Shown in pieces: positions 1 to 12,879 of a stretch of 64,000 nt of DNA. The DNA is from Octopus bimaculoides. Taxonomy: Eukaryota. Below the pieces are notes generated by a model. The model was not told the origin of the DNA. It was given only the letters and a program-made list of their open reading frames with translations, and did no database searches. Both the position numbers and the translations under genes were made by a program. Where the stretch lies: NCBI RefSeq assembly GCF_001194135.2, contig NC_068997.1, positions 55,458,530 to 55,522,529 on the forward strand, read 5' to 3'. Every line of letters starts with the position of its first letter. Position 1 is the first letter of the stretch.

Positions 1-48
<48 letters not shown>
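1..48. repeat. (TA)n microsatellite at the window start
   Basis: Direct reading of alternating TA. Confidence 0.95.
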
Positions 49-747
49 GCATATTGTTCTGCTTAGTTGCGATACAAATAACCAGTTGTTGGAATTTTAT
101 ATATTTTACAGTAAAGCAGGTCAGTACAGAGTGTAATATCGATTCATAAATGAATGACTAAAGAATGGGAGTCATGTGATCACTTTCATTAGCTTTCAGC
201 TGTTTCTGCTACAAGTAAGAGCATACCCATTGCTCTGTGCTGATGTGATATCTTCTAGACACCTCAGAATCATTTCAATGAAGAGTTTTCTTTTTATTGC
301 AGAAAGCATTTACAAATATACATCTAAGTAGATCACAATGCACATATACACACATGGCTACTGATATCTCTACAGCTGTGCCATTACTTGAAACTTAACT
401 TTATTAAACTCTTTCCATTTCACCTTTTTGAGACCTATGGAAATAAGCCAAAATTGTGTATAAAGTATTTTAATTTAAGATCTGGCAGAGAGTTTCTAAC
501 AAGAGGTTAGAGATTGCATGACATCTAATCTATGTTATGAATATATTTTTTCAGGGTACCCCTGATACAACACTGCTTATATGTGGACATGCTTATAAAA
601 TCAAAAGCCACTACTACACATACAACTTTTGAATATATTTTGTTCACACTCAAAATTATCAAAGCATGGACTATAGTATCCATGTCTACAGTTAGCTACA
701 AGGAAACTGAATCCTTCATAAATTCCATGCTTCCCAAAATTCACCAA

Positions 748-958
748 CACAATTTCAAATTTTAAGGGATTGTATTTTTAATTTTTCTTCTTTCTTTACA
801 ATCCTGGAATCAAATGGAATTTGATGGATCGATTAATAAGCAACTTTGCTTTTCCTTCTCTATCATTGTTATGCCTGGTTCATTATTTTCCAATTCCTTA
901 TTCACTTAAATAGGAAAATCCCATAAAATCTTGCACTTCACCGATTCAAGCTATCTTT
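748..958 (-). mobile_element. Inverted internal fragment of an R4/Dong-like non-LTR retrotransposon (restriction-like endonuclease region), degenerate
   Basis: Minus strand translates, with stops and frameshifts, to LESVKCKILWDFPI*VNKELENNEPGITMIEKEKQSCLLIDPS..PFDSRIV..KYNPLKFEI. This matches the KILWDF..N.PDI..ID...PFD..KY..LK.EI pattern of the RLE domain of R4/Dong-clade ORFs. Confidence 0.8.
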
Positions 959-960
959 CC

Positions 961-1140
961 ATCCAGAAAACAGTGTTATTAGGGACAGCTAGGATACTTG
1001 GGAGTGTTCTTGTCATATGAGGTTACTTGCTGTAACCCAATAGGTGGATTCTTGGTATCTAAGGCTACTTGTAGCCCGATGTTAGGATTCTTTTCTTTTC
1101 CAGCAGTCTAATCTGTTGAGTGTATATGAATAATAATAAT
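961..1140 (+). mobile_element. 3' end of an R4/Dong-like LINE (ORF C-terminus, 3' UTR, (AAT)n tail)
   Basis: 961-1020 reads IQKTVLLGTARILGSVLVI*, the conserved QK..LLGTARIL..VL terminus of RLE-type elements. About 110 nt of UTR and an (AAT)n run from about 1130 follow. Confidence 0.85.
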
Positions 1141-1176
1141 AATAATTATTATTATTATAATAATAACAACAACAAC

Positions 1177-1531
1177 GCAGTGAGCTGGTAGAATCGTTAG
1201 CACACTGGCTAAATGCTTAGTGGCATTTTGTTTGTCTTTATGTTCTGGGTTCAAATATTGCCTCAGTCGATTTTACCTTCCATCCTTTCAGTGATGATAA
1301 AATAAGTACCAGTTAAGCACTGGGTTCGATGTAATCAATTTGCCCTTTCTAACCAAATCTCATTCCTTGTGCCTGCAGAAGAAAGGATTATTATTATTAT
1401 TGTCAGTAAGGCAGAATCGTTATCATGGTGAGCAAAATGCTTAGTGGCAATTTATTCATCGGCATGTTCTGGGTTCAAGTCCCACTGAGGTCGACATTGT
1501 CTTTCATCCTTCTGGGGTAGACAAAATAAGT
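1177..1531 (+). mobile_element. Two tandem tRNA-derived SINEs (family A)
   Basis: Heads gagctggtagaatcgttagc and ggcagaatcgttatc with A box and B box (ggttcaa), shared core tttcatcctt..gataaaataagtacc, and an (ATT)n tail after aaagg. The second copy is 3'-truncated. Confidence 0.85.
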
Positions 1532-1775
1532 GGAGTGAATGATGTCACCACAGAGTACCATAAGTACAAGTTCTGCAAAGTCAGACATGTCACAAGGTTC
1601 ACAGACAGCAGGCAGATCCCTGCTGAATGGTATCCGAAAGATCAGAAAAGCAAACTTTCTGATCTTTTCCATGGTGGTGGGAAAATGATTTAATCCAGCA
1701 ATTTGGATCAGGATGAAAAAGAATGGTGTGTTCAAGGAAAAATTGGAAGTGTATAGTAACCAGTGGTTACTGATG
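1531..1775 (+). mobile_element. RTE-clade LINE 3' ORF fragment
   Basis: Translates GVNDVTTEYHKYKFCKVRHVTRFTDSRQIPAEWYPKDQK, similar to the RTE C-terminal WAGHVAR.TD.RWT....EWYP...KR motif. Confidence 0.65.
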
Positions 1776-4535
1776 GTCTGGTTGATACTGTGATAACAAA
1801 ATCTGTTCTTTAATTTCAAAAAATACATTTTTATCATAAATAAAAAGACTATTTAGCTTGTCATGGAATCAGTATCATGGAAAATAACAACACCATTCCA
1901 TGTTATTTAATTCTATGGAATTTAAGTCAATCTATATTCATCACAGGGTGGATAATTTTAGACTCTGCCACTTTAGCTCAACAGGGGTATAATACTATTG
2001 TGAGGTAGTCGTGAACAATTGCTATTTGGGGAACATAACACTATTGTAATTTCATGAAACTTGGAGAAGGCTTTGTCCCGTTATTAACATTGATCAACTA
2101 GTGTGTTTTTTACTTGTGTAATTATTTGAAATAGATGAAATAAAGGATATATTCAATTGGAATACAATCACAATTTCTGTGTGTTCATGAAGTATTGTTG
2201 TATTTTATTGCTGGGATCATTGATTTCCTGTTTCTGTTTCAAAATGAACTTCTAAGTTTAAAAATCATATTTTAGCCAAAAATATACTCTAAAGAGACCC
2301 AAAACAAAATACAATAAATTAAAAAGAATAAGTTGAATTATTAGATGGGTAATTTAGATTGAAGTAATTTAGCGGAATACTACAAATGAAAATAAAAACG
2401 TTATGTAAAATTTTACGAGAATGTTTCTATATGAATGCATATTATAAATGCATAATATATTTGACATTCAATAATAGAAGTACAACTTGAATGAATATGA
2501 CATTTTGACATGTATCTTTAGTTTATTAATCCCTAAAATCTAAACTTTATATGCGTATTTTATTGGGAATCGGCCTCATAATACTCTGTAGGACTGCAAG
2601 AATTTGGTTATTGAAGATCCATTATCTGTTCTTTCATCTACTCTCTGTATGTGTGTCTGTCTGTCTGTTTGTGTTTATGTGCGTGTGTAAGTGTGAGTAT
2701 GTATGTATGTGTATCTATATACATGTGTATATGTGCATATGAATGTATGTATGTATGCATGCATGCATGCTGTAATTGAAGCACTATTCAGTAACACATC
2801 AGAAAGAGGAATATTGCAATTTATTAAATATGAATGAGATGAGAAAGTGATTATATAAGAAACCATGTTTATATTTATCAATGTTAACTTTTATCTTACC
2901 CAGCTTAACAAAAATATGACAAACTATTTTTTCTAAATAGTTATTTCTTCTAAAATCTTATATTTTAACTCTCTTAAATAGTTATACAGTAATTCCCAAG
3001 TTATATATATATATAAGTACATTTTTAACATACTTCGGAAGATTTGAATGTGAATATATGAATCACTATTGTATTTTATTTTCTCCAATCAGCTTTTGTG
3101 TTGACAACATACATATTCAGTGACATCGAGAGACTCTGGCACACTAGTGTTTCAGCGTTATTGTATCTCTTCAACCAAAGCTACCCCCACAAGTTTTCTG
3201 AATCTAAATAAAGCTGGTCAATATTGTACATAGAAGTCAGCAAACAAATTATTTTGATCCTCACTCTCTTATATGCTCATAATGATTTAATACCTCTTCT
3301 TGAGTTTATACCCAAATATCTTATATAAAGATTTACCATGTTGCACTTAAATAATTTACATTTGGTCTCTAATTTACGCAACCAGTTTAAACCAGTCAAT
3401 GGTATTTATTTGAAGTTATCAGTTACACTTTTCTCCACATTGTCATATTATTTGTTTTGTCTCTAGGGTAAACAAATAATTCTTAGTCACATTTACTACA
3501 TAATTCCAGTAGTTATACTTTAACCTTCAAACCGAAATTTCATTCAGCTTGCATTAACATGCAATTACACCCTTTTCTTATTAAAGTATTCCTAAGAGCT
3601 AAATCCTTTGGTTTTCTGATAAAGTAAATTATAACTATGAACGAAAACATATTTTATGAAATCTATCGTTGACAAGAGAATTGCTCAAAGAGACACTTTA
3701 ATGTTAATAGAATCTGAAGGAATAATCTATAAGATTAAAATGTATAATTATAAACAGAATAATTTAATATAATTGTAGATACGATATTAGCTTTAATAAG
3801 ACCACAAAAGACAGCTCTATTATTGCAACTGAAAAGAGCAAGACATTCCTCCAATCAAACTGTTCTTTGTAATTTAAAAGATAATAATGAAGATAACATA
3901 ATTGAAATTGTGATCATTACAGAAATAAAAACCTAAATGGTAAAAGGGCTAAATTTTAATATTCAAAATCTTATTCATTTTCAGCCTAGAGATGAAAATG
4001 GAGCTGGAAAAGTGATATGCATGCAAGGCTGTTCATGAAAAGAGTTCTAGTTCAGATCCTGTTACTGACTCTGGTCTTTTATATTTTATGGTCCAATCTG
4101 TAACTGTCATTTAAGTTGTAGAAGTGCTAACATGATACTTTCAGGCATTTCAAATGTCAAAAACTCATCAACGAATTAATATTTCTTGTATATTATTTTC
4201 ATATTTTCCTTATATTTTCTGCTTATTATACTCAAGTATTATCCAAGATATATCTTGTCTTAGTTGAAACATTAAAGATATCACTCTATCGTAAATCTAT
4301 TTTATTTGTTTCAATGATATTATTTGTTAATCATATTACTAATGTAAATGTTCGAGAGGTTTTTCTCACTGAGTCAGAACATTTCTAAATATCAGTTTAC
4401 TTGTTGGCATATGTGATTAATTATACATACCTTCCTCAGTTACAAACACTGCAAAGTTTATGATTCCTATATTAGATGAGCTAGTATCATGGTTTCATTA
4501 AAAAAGTATTTATATTCGCACATGTGGTAATATAT

Positions 4536-4568
<33 letters not shown>

Positions 4569-4775
4569 GTTTGACAATTATACAAAGATTTCAGACCAGA
4601 TAGGTTTATGTGCTGTCAGTGACTCATCAATGGTTGAGTCCTAGAATCAGACCCTGACAAGAAATTGACAGGATTCAAACAATCAGTCTCAAAGCCTTTC
4701 TATGATTCATCTGTCAGTAACTGTTCACCTTTACATCCAACATTATCTTCTTTGTCACTTGATTAAAATAATCAT

Positions 4776-5065
4776 GGGGAAATTTCGAACCTGGGTTCTC
4801 ATTCCTAAGGTATTTTTCGATATTATTACTATTATTATTATTCAGGTCGAACTTGGTATCTTGGGGTTAGTAGCCTGTGCTCTTACCACTATGCCATATG
4901 CCCATAGACAATTATGGAGTGAATTTTAAGGGCTTATAAATCTAATATCTTCCTGTATCTCCTTAATACTTGTTTGTTGCGTTAACAACAGACAAGATGA
5001 GGACAAATATCCGTCAAATGTAAATAATGCACATAATTCCTCTTCTCTCAAATACAGAATTGCAC
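4776..5065. mobile_element. Fragments of the composite tRNA-head/Penelope-like element (family D): head and middle on minus (4776-4903), tail on plus (about 4975-5065)
   Basis: Both pieces align by eye to the longer copy at 22383-22690 (ggggaaatttcgaacctgggttctcattcctaagg; caagatgaggacaaatatccgtcaaatgtaaataatg). Confidence 0.8.
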
Positions 5066-5536
5066 TTATGTATGTATATATGTACCCACACATATACATT
5101 CACATACATACATAGACACACATACATACATGCATACGTATACATATATGGGAAAAGTTTTAAGATCCACACAACTTATATCATACAGAAAGATATCACA
5201 CATGCATACAAACACACGTATTGAAAGAGATATGAACTTATATTTTATATAATTTAACTTTTGAAGTTCACTTGTTGGGTAGCATGGCCATAATTTCCAA
5301 TCTTTGTTCTGCTACCCACAAGAAAGGGCAATTAGTGTATTTACTCCTCATTAGCTTATACATTCTTCATTAGTTTAAATGTCTATATTAGTTTATATAA
5401 CCTTTATTAATTTATATACACTTTATCAATATATACCCATTGCCCAATTATGAATGTACTTGGAAAGGAGGTGCCAAATTTGCCACAACTGTTGTGAATA
5501 TATTTGGCAGACTGAAACTCTATCATCATCATCATC

Positions 5537-5574
<38 letters not shown>

Positions 5575-6109
5575 CACACACACACACACACACACATGCA
5601 TATGTATGCTTATTCATGTGAGCGTGTCATCTGTGATGTATGTGTCAATCTGCAGAATACGTCACTCAATTTGTTGGTCTTTATATTTCAAGTTCTATCT
5701 CCAAATATAAATACACCCAACTAAGAAAGAAGTAGTTATAGAAATAGAAAGAGGAGGCATGGAGGAGGAAATAGAGAAGTAGTAAAGATAGAGAAGGTGT
5801 GGTAACAATGATAGACAGTGAAAAAGCAGAGTCAGGATAATTCCATATAAGGCAATGTAAGATTTTTAATGTGACCAAGCAACCAACATTGAGTATTATT
5901 ATTATTGATAGATCATAAATATTTGAAATGTCAATCAGTTTTATTCACACAGATTTGATTTATGGTAATTTAAGTTTTTGAAAATAAGTAGTTTTAACCT
6001 ATTTAAAGTATGGAAATGTATAAAAATGTATAAAATTATGGGTAAGTCCTGAGAAAATACATACTAGATTTCAGCTTTCAATGTATTTCATTTATGACAA
6101 ATGTCGCTG

Positions 6110-6330
6110 TTATCATCATCATCATTTAACGTCTCTCTTCTTCCATGGTGCTATGAGATGGATAGTTTAATAGGACCTGACAAGTCAGAGGACTCCAATA
6201 TCCCAGCATTTGCTTTGGCAAGATTTCCATAGTGGGATGCCCTTCCTAATGCCAATCGCTTCACTGTGTGAGGGCTGGGTGCTATTTTCACTGACTCCAG
6301 CACTAGTGGGGTCACCATGTCACATGTAAA
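6110..6330 (-). mobile_element. Short repeat sharing the RTE-type 3' end with (GAT)n tail (family C)
   Basis: (ATC)n run followed by ttaacgtc..ccatg..ggatgcccttcctaatgccaa, the same motif seen at the 3' end of the RTE copy at 41490-42700. Confidence 0.7.
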
Positions 6331-9300
6331 ACTAAAATGTACCTCCCTTGGCAGAGAGGTTATTGCTGAGAGAATTGAAGCTTTATACCTGATGTTGAGA
6401 GGTTAAGATATGATGGAAGAATAGAAACTTTCTAATGAATTAAAAATAAAATCAATTATAGGATCATTTTCTTTTAATGAAGAAAGGGTGGTGCTCCAAA
6501 CCCTTTTGGGGTGGAAGAAGGAAAGATGTTATCTTGAGAGTGGAAACCTGGCCTCAAACACCTGCAACAAAAAGTAGATTCAACTAAAGATAGACAAGAT
6601 CCATGTGGTTAGTGTTAAACCAGACGGTGAACTACATCTATCATCATGCTTGACTTTCATGATGAAAAGTAAGCATCAATAAGATATCAACACTATTGAT
6701 CTTTTTACTACAATATCTGGAACATGTTTCCAACAGCAAAGTCAACTATGGGAATGCAGAATAAAGTGTTCTACTCTGAAGTAATGGAATGTTTACCAAT
6801 CTGCAAGCGCTCAAAAAAAAAATCTGTTTTTACAAGAAAAATGGTAAAAACAAATTTTAGAGAACTGCTCAAAGAGTTAAAGAGAAATAAAAGCTAAGTT
6901 ATAATGTATTTGTGTTCTTCGTAGTTGTGCCAAAACACATTACAAATACACAGATGAAAGCGAACAATAATCATGAAAATGGTGAAGTTTGTACATAAGT
7001 AAATGAGAAGCTGGTCTAGAGGTGTGTCTGTGAACATACACCTAGAGACATATGTGCGTATATAATCACCCACACACGTTTGTATGTGCTTGTCTGTGAG
7101 CACTTTTATGAATCAGTCTGTGAGGAGATGAGATGCATTTAACCATATACATAAAACATTATGCTTAACATTTTTAATATATTTCATTAGAAATAGATGT
7201 CTGCAAGCTGTTATTAATCTCTTTGCATAAATCATACATTTATTTTTGGTATGTTTACTTGAAGCTTTCACTAAAAAAATTCAATCAATAATTTTCTTTT
7301 AAACTTTAAAACTATAAAAATGCAGAGAAAATAGGTTGAATTCTAAAATTGCAGGGAAAAAGTTCAAGATCACAAGAACTTAGTACATTCTATAATCTAT
7401 AAACAATGAATCTTAAAATATAATTTGTAAATTTATTTCAAATTGATCAAATTGAAAACTTCCTTAATTGAAGAATGTTTGTAAATATTTTTAATAAACA
7501 GATTAAATTCATTTGAAATTTTCAGTAAAGACACTTAAGATTTATTTACTTGTTTAATTCCATCAAGCTAACAATATGGCTAACCTGACACTAGTAAAAA
7601 GTCAATGCCAAAGAATACTAACAGAATAATGTTGTTTAGTTCTGATTTTATTTTACATATGTTCTTTTTCATCTACTTCAGTAATATCGGTAAAATATTA
7701 CCTGGAAGAAATCTGATGAGAAGAATCAAATTCTGCCAGTTATTGGTGGATTATTATATCAGTACCAGTTCTCCTCTTATTTCACTTGGCAAAGTCTGTT
7801 TTGGTTTGGTGAAGGAAGCAGTGAGGGTAGATGTAGTTAAAAGATTGAAAGATAAGGGCTTTCCTTTCTGGTCAAACTCTCATCAATTTTTAGAGAAAAA
7901 GTTGAAGTAGGAGGGGAGGGGGTGCTGCTCATTTGTGTGCTATAAGAGAGGTGGGGGAGAATGGTGAATTTGATAAGGTTAAATGAGCTTCTTCTGATAA
8001 GATTACAATACTCATGGGACAAGAAAATAAAAGGTGCCGGGTCATTCTTAATGAGTTTGATATGTCAGAGCAATGTGGGATTTTGTACCATGTTCCCCCA
8101 CCAGATTTTACTGTTAACAAGGCCTTCATTAGTTGGTATTATTTTATGGTCACCTATTGTTATTTTTATGTTGTTTTCATTTCCAATTGCTCTAACTCCA
8201 CCCCACTGTTCAAAAAGATCAACATTTAAAGCTTAGAATTTCTTACAATGAAATAGGATTTGAATCAGTGCTGATTTTTGTTGAAGACTAACTTTCTTCA
8301 AGACAAGTACATCACATAATTATCTTTATCAAATATATATAATTGCATTGTCTCTGTTTGTTTTATATATAAACTCACACAACTTGTGTTTGCCATACTT
8401 TATAATCCATTTCTAGGAATGAAATAGAATAAAATTGTTAAAGAAATAAATGAACTTAACCAGTTAGGAAAAAGGTCAGGATTCTAGACAGAAAAATACA
8501 AGAGAAAGTGTGTCCTTTATTTGTTTACAAGAGATATTTAACTCATGGGTTTTGTTCTATTTGTATTTTATTGAGCTCTTGTAGTTCATAAAAGAAATGT
8601 TTGTCTTCTCTTGCACTTGTATTATATTTCTGGTGATACCAACATTTGTGCAAATCTGATTTTGTTACAAATATTCCCACAGAAATTTTCTATAGAATCT
8701 GTAAAGCCTTTGTCATTCAAAAGCTCCCAAGCGAATCCCAGCATTTCCTTAAGATTTTGCATATCTTGGAATTCAATCAGATTTGCATTCAAAATGCTTT
8801 AAAATTATTTTGTGTAATTTTCCAAGGAAACATTGAAAATTGAGATTTTTTTTTACTAAAATATTGAGACAGTAATAATAAGACAAAATGTTCATGTTTG
8901 CTAACTAGGACTAAACAACAGCACACCACTGCCACCACCATCATCATCATAAGAATATTCTGATAATTTCTATGGATTCTATTAACTAAAACCATTATGT
9001 AAATAGCAGTAAAAGTGAGGATTTAATTTCTCTCATGCTCAAAAGTTGACATATTGATCTCAAGCTTGTATCTGGTGGATCACTGAAAGGTATGAATAGA
9101 TTTTCTATTTAATTGTGTCATCTTAACAATAGTTCTAACTTCCTGTGTATAAAGTAGCAAACCAGGTCCCCAAGAACTGTCATCAGCTGTCTACTTGACA
9201 CACCTGCAAAGTCTTTTTAATGATTTATTTTTTTACTGTTTTATTTTTTTTATTGGCTTTAGAAGTAGGGACTGTGCTCAAAAGCTTTTCAGCCTCTAAG

Positions 9301-9337
9301 ACTAGTTGAGATCAAAGCAGTCGCACCTCTTCTAGAA

Positions 9338-9640
9338 CAGCGGTTCCCAACCATGATCCGCATGGATCCACAGAAGTTTTAAGGGGTCTACGAGTAAAAA
9401 ATTGTAATTTGTGGGTCAATATATAAATTTTGTTTACTAGGAGAGGTAATTGTATTTATTGAAGTTTTCAAGGTGTGTATTTGGAATTTATGTTATGAAT
9501 AGAATTCTTTTCATTGTTAGTTTTTACTAACCTACAAATAAATATTTTATTTCAAAAATGTACATGTGCATATATTGGGTCCACAGATGATAAGAGAACT
9601 CTCAGAGGGTCCACAACCAAAATATGGTAGGGAACCCCTG
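9338..9640. mobile_element. hAT (Charlie-like) MITE
   Basis: TIRs cagcggttcccaacc and ggtagggaacccctg. The 8-bp flanks ttctagaa and acctagaa resemble the NTCTAGAN target preference of hAT-Charlie elements. No ORF. Confidence 0.75.
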
Positions 9641-10079
9641 ACCTAGAATAACTTACAAGTTGATAACTAAGAAAACATAACGATTACAATGGGATGCTGT
9701 TTTGGGGAGAAAGGAATAAACCTGGTAGTGTAGGGCCTTAACAGAGGACGCAATGTCAGTAGTAAGAGGAAGAGATGCATGTGTTGCATAGCCTGGGAGA
9801 ATGTGGTACTTAACCAGCTTTCTATTGTAGTGATAGTAAAAGAGGGAAAAGTGGAGTCACAGTGTATTTGGGAAGAGGCTGAAGTATGTTGGGGAGTGGA
9901 TCTATGCTGACCATTCAGTTGGTTTTCTTTCTGATGTGGTCTTGGTTGTTTGGTTATGTGACCCCAGCACCATCCTAGATGAGAGAGCAGTGTTCTATCA
10001 TTGGTTTCACTTGACCTTTGAAACATCTCAGCAGTTGGAGGGAGTTGAATCATTTCCTGATTATGAAGAGGAAGATATG

Positions 10080-10261
10080 GGGGAAAGGAGATAGTCGAAA
10101 TGCATCGACCGCAGTGTTTCACTGGTACTTAATTTATTGACCCTGAAAGGATGAAAGGAAAAGTTGGCTTTGGCAGAATTTGAACTCAGAACATAGCAAT
10201 GGCTGAAATGCCACGAAGCATTTCATCCAGCATGGTAATGATTCTGCTGGCTTTCCCCCTT
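10080..10261 (-). mobile_element. SINE family A
   Basis: Reverse-complement core actggtacttaatttattgacc..aggatgaaagg and head, abutting an (AAT)n run. Confidence 0.8.
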
Positions 10262-10931
10262 AATAATAATAATAATAATAATAATAATATACAGGAATAT
10301 AGAAGATAAAGAAGCGATCAATAGAGAATTTTGATAATTCAAGTAAAATTTTAAAATTATATTAATTAATTTGATTGATTCAGACCTAATTATACTTTTT
10401 AACATGATAGATTCATTTGTATATAATCCACACAAGAGATTTGTAAGGGCAACATGAATATAAAGATGCCTTATCAACCACGTCAGAGACTTTTAAGTTG
10501 TGAAAAGGTTAATCTTTGACTGAGATCCTACTGGTTTGATTGTAACAGAAATACACACCCCTACTTTGAAATGAAACATGCCATTTATTTTATATTTTAT
10601 ATTCACTTTAACAAGTGTAAAATATAAAGACAATGAATATTTAGATAAATGATAGAATAATTTCACTTGAGATAGAAGTTTTGTTCTGTTGTTGTCTCTG
10701 CATCAACTGCACAAATCGAAAAACCAGTAAAATGTAAAGCACTAAAGAAATCATTACCAAATTTTGAAAGACTGAAAACAATATGCGAGAATATAGAACT
10801 GTTTATAAAAGAAGAGAGCAAAAAGAAAGGTACTTTGAGTATATTTATATATGTAGAAAGTGTGTGTGTATGTATGTCACATACAACACAAAAGAAAACT
10901 GTAATAAAATGTAAAAATATATGTAACTATA

Positions 10932-10968
<37 letters not shown>

Positions 10969-12879
10969 GCATGCACAAATATATGTATGTACGTATGTAG
11001 TAAAAATATGTAACTTTATTGTGAAATAGATGATGTATTGATAAAAACAGTACTTCACAAATGAAGACACACAAAAACAGAATAGATCTCATTAGAAGCT
11101 CCTTCACTTGAATTATAAAATTATTTTGAAAAGCAGCATAAAATAATAGAATAAAATAGACTGATAGTTGCATTCCTTTTATCTCATCAATATATATTGT
11201 AATGCTTCATTTTGTGTATTTTTGCCATGAGTTGCTTTTTTTTATGAAAAAAGAATTTAAAAAAACAACATATTTTCTCTATACTTAATCATTAAATAAT
11301 GATACTAGTTACTTGTAAATGATATTCAATTATTTTTTTTGTTTGTTCTCTTTGGAAGCAATACCTATAGTCATAAATACCAAGAGGGAAAAAAAACACA
11401 GATGACTCTACTAATATATAACTTTGAATATACACGCACATTCAAACTCATTTTAAAATATGTGTTTCTTCTTTTGTGATTTCACTTTGTAGTGATGTGT
11501 AAGCATTTGTATGTAGTTTGCATAGGTGTGTTTGCTAGCTGTTGTATTTGTATCAGTTGATCTATACATACAAATGAATTTACGTTCATCTTATTTGTAG
11601 TAGTAAACAATTGGATAGACCAGAAAATCAAACAACAAACAAATAAACAAACCCAAGTTACTTTTGTAATCTTCAAAGATAAGCAGCTTACAGAAAGTTT
11701 GTTAGTTAATGAGTTTCAATGTTAATACTAAACTTATTGCACAAACGGTTAACAAATACTTTACAAGGTAAACTTATCTGAAGTTTCTTGCACAAAGACA
11801 ATGTTTAAGATCAAGTGATTTTACCTCTGCAGGAAATTCTACAGCAATCTTCTTGTAAGAATCAAAGACATTTATATGTATGCAAAGTACAGAAGTAGAA
11901 GTCCCATATATTTTACTGAAAGACAAAAGTTTAAAGAATATAAACATTTTCTATAGCATTCTAAGATTGACTGGAGAAGAGATTGGTACCAAATAGACTA
12001 GCTAAAGAATGTCTCAGATTTTCTTTTGAAGACCAACATCTCGGCCGTCTTTAACAAAGTTCTGGGTCATATTGGTAGGTGCTAACTGGGTGGATTGCCA
12101 CAGGTGGGCCCACGATCACCTTCGACCAAAAGGCTTTACAGATACAAAAAATCTTCCTGTTTTGTTTGCTTTTCAGCTCCAGAGTTTCAAGGGTCCTATT
12201 AGTCAAACTGCGTCCTTTTAAAGAGGGTCAGGTGTAGTTTAAGGGGGATTCGACTGCCATATCGAGTAGGTCAAGCAATTATGGAAAGGCTTCCATGTTG
12301 GCTCAAATTGACCATGTTATACATATCAAAGGACTGGACCTTACTTTGGACAATCTCTAGGTCTTATGGCTTTCAGAATTTATTTCCCAAAATCAGTAAT
12401 TCTTATATTTAAATCTAACAAATCTTGAAAATGACACCAGTTTTACAGATCCTGTCACCCATTATTATTAACTCGCAAAATTGTCAGCAACAAAACACAT
12501 CAACAGATTTGTAAAATAAGTAATTGATGTTGAAAATCTTGTGATAATGTCAGCATTGATGAATATAAAATGTCTAAAAGTATTGAATCACTGGGACAAG
12601 AAGTTAGAATCATGTCTGTCACTGTAAATACTTTTAATCACAAGAAAGGATATGTTCTTCAAATAAAAATGTCAGTAATACATTTATTTCATTCTCAACA
12701 AAACAACACTGCATCTACAGCTTCTCTGTTCTCTCCAACTTAGAGTAAAACCTCCAATGAATGTTGTGCTGATAATGGCAGTTTTTGTGGTTGTTTAGCA
12801 CTAGGTTAGCTTTTATCAAATAAATCTCTAGTCAAAAGTGTTCTGTCCATGGACGACATCCCACTGATTTTCAAACATA

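Noticed and set aside
7605-8236. Cluster of overlapping 60-100 aa ORFs, including EQCGILYH (PHD-like)
   Set aside because: Only one partial motif and no consistent frame or domain; possibly an unrecognised TE relic.
9667-10122. 151-aa minus ORF, the longest non-repeat-looking ORF
   Set aside because: It starts inside a SINE A copy, has no recognisable motif, and no supporting splice signals.
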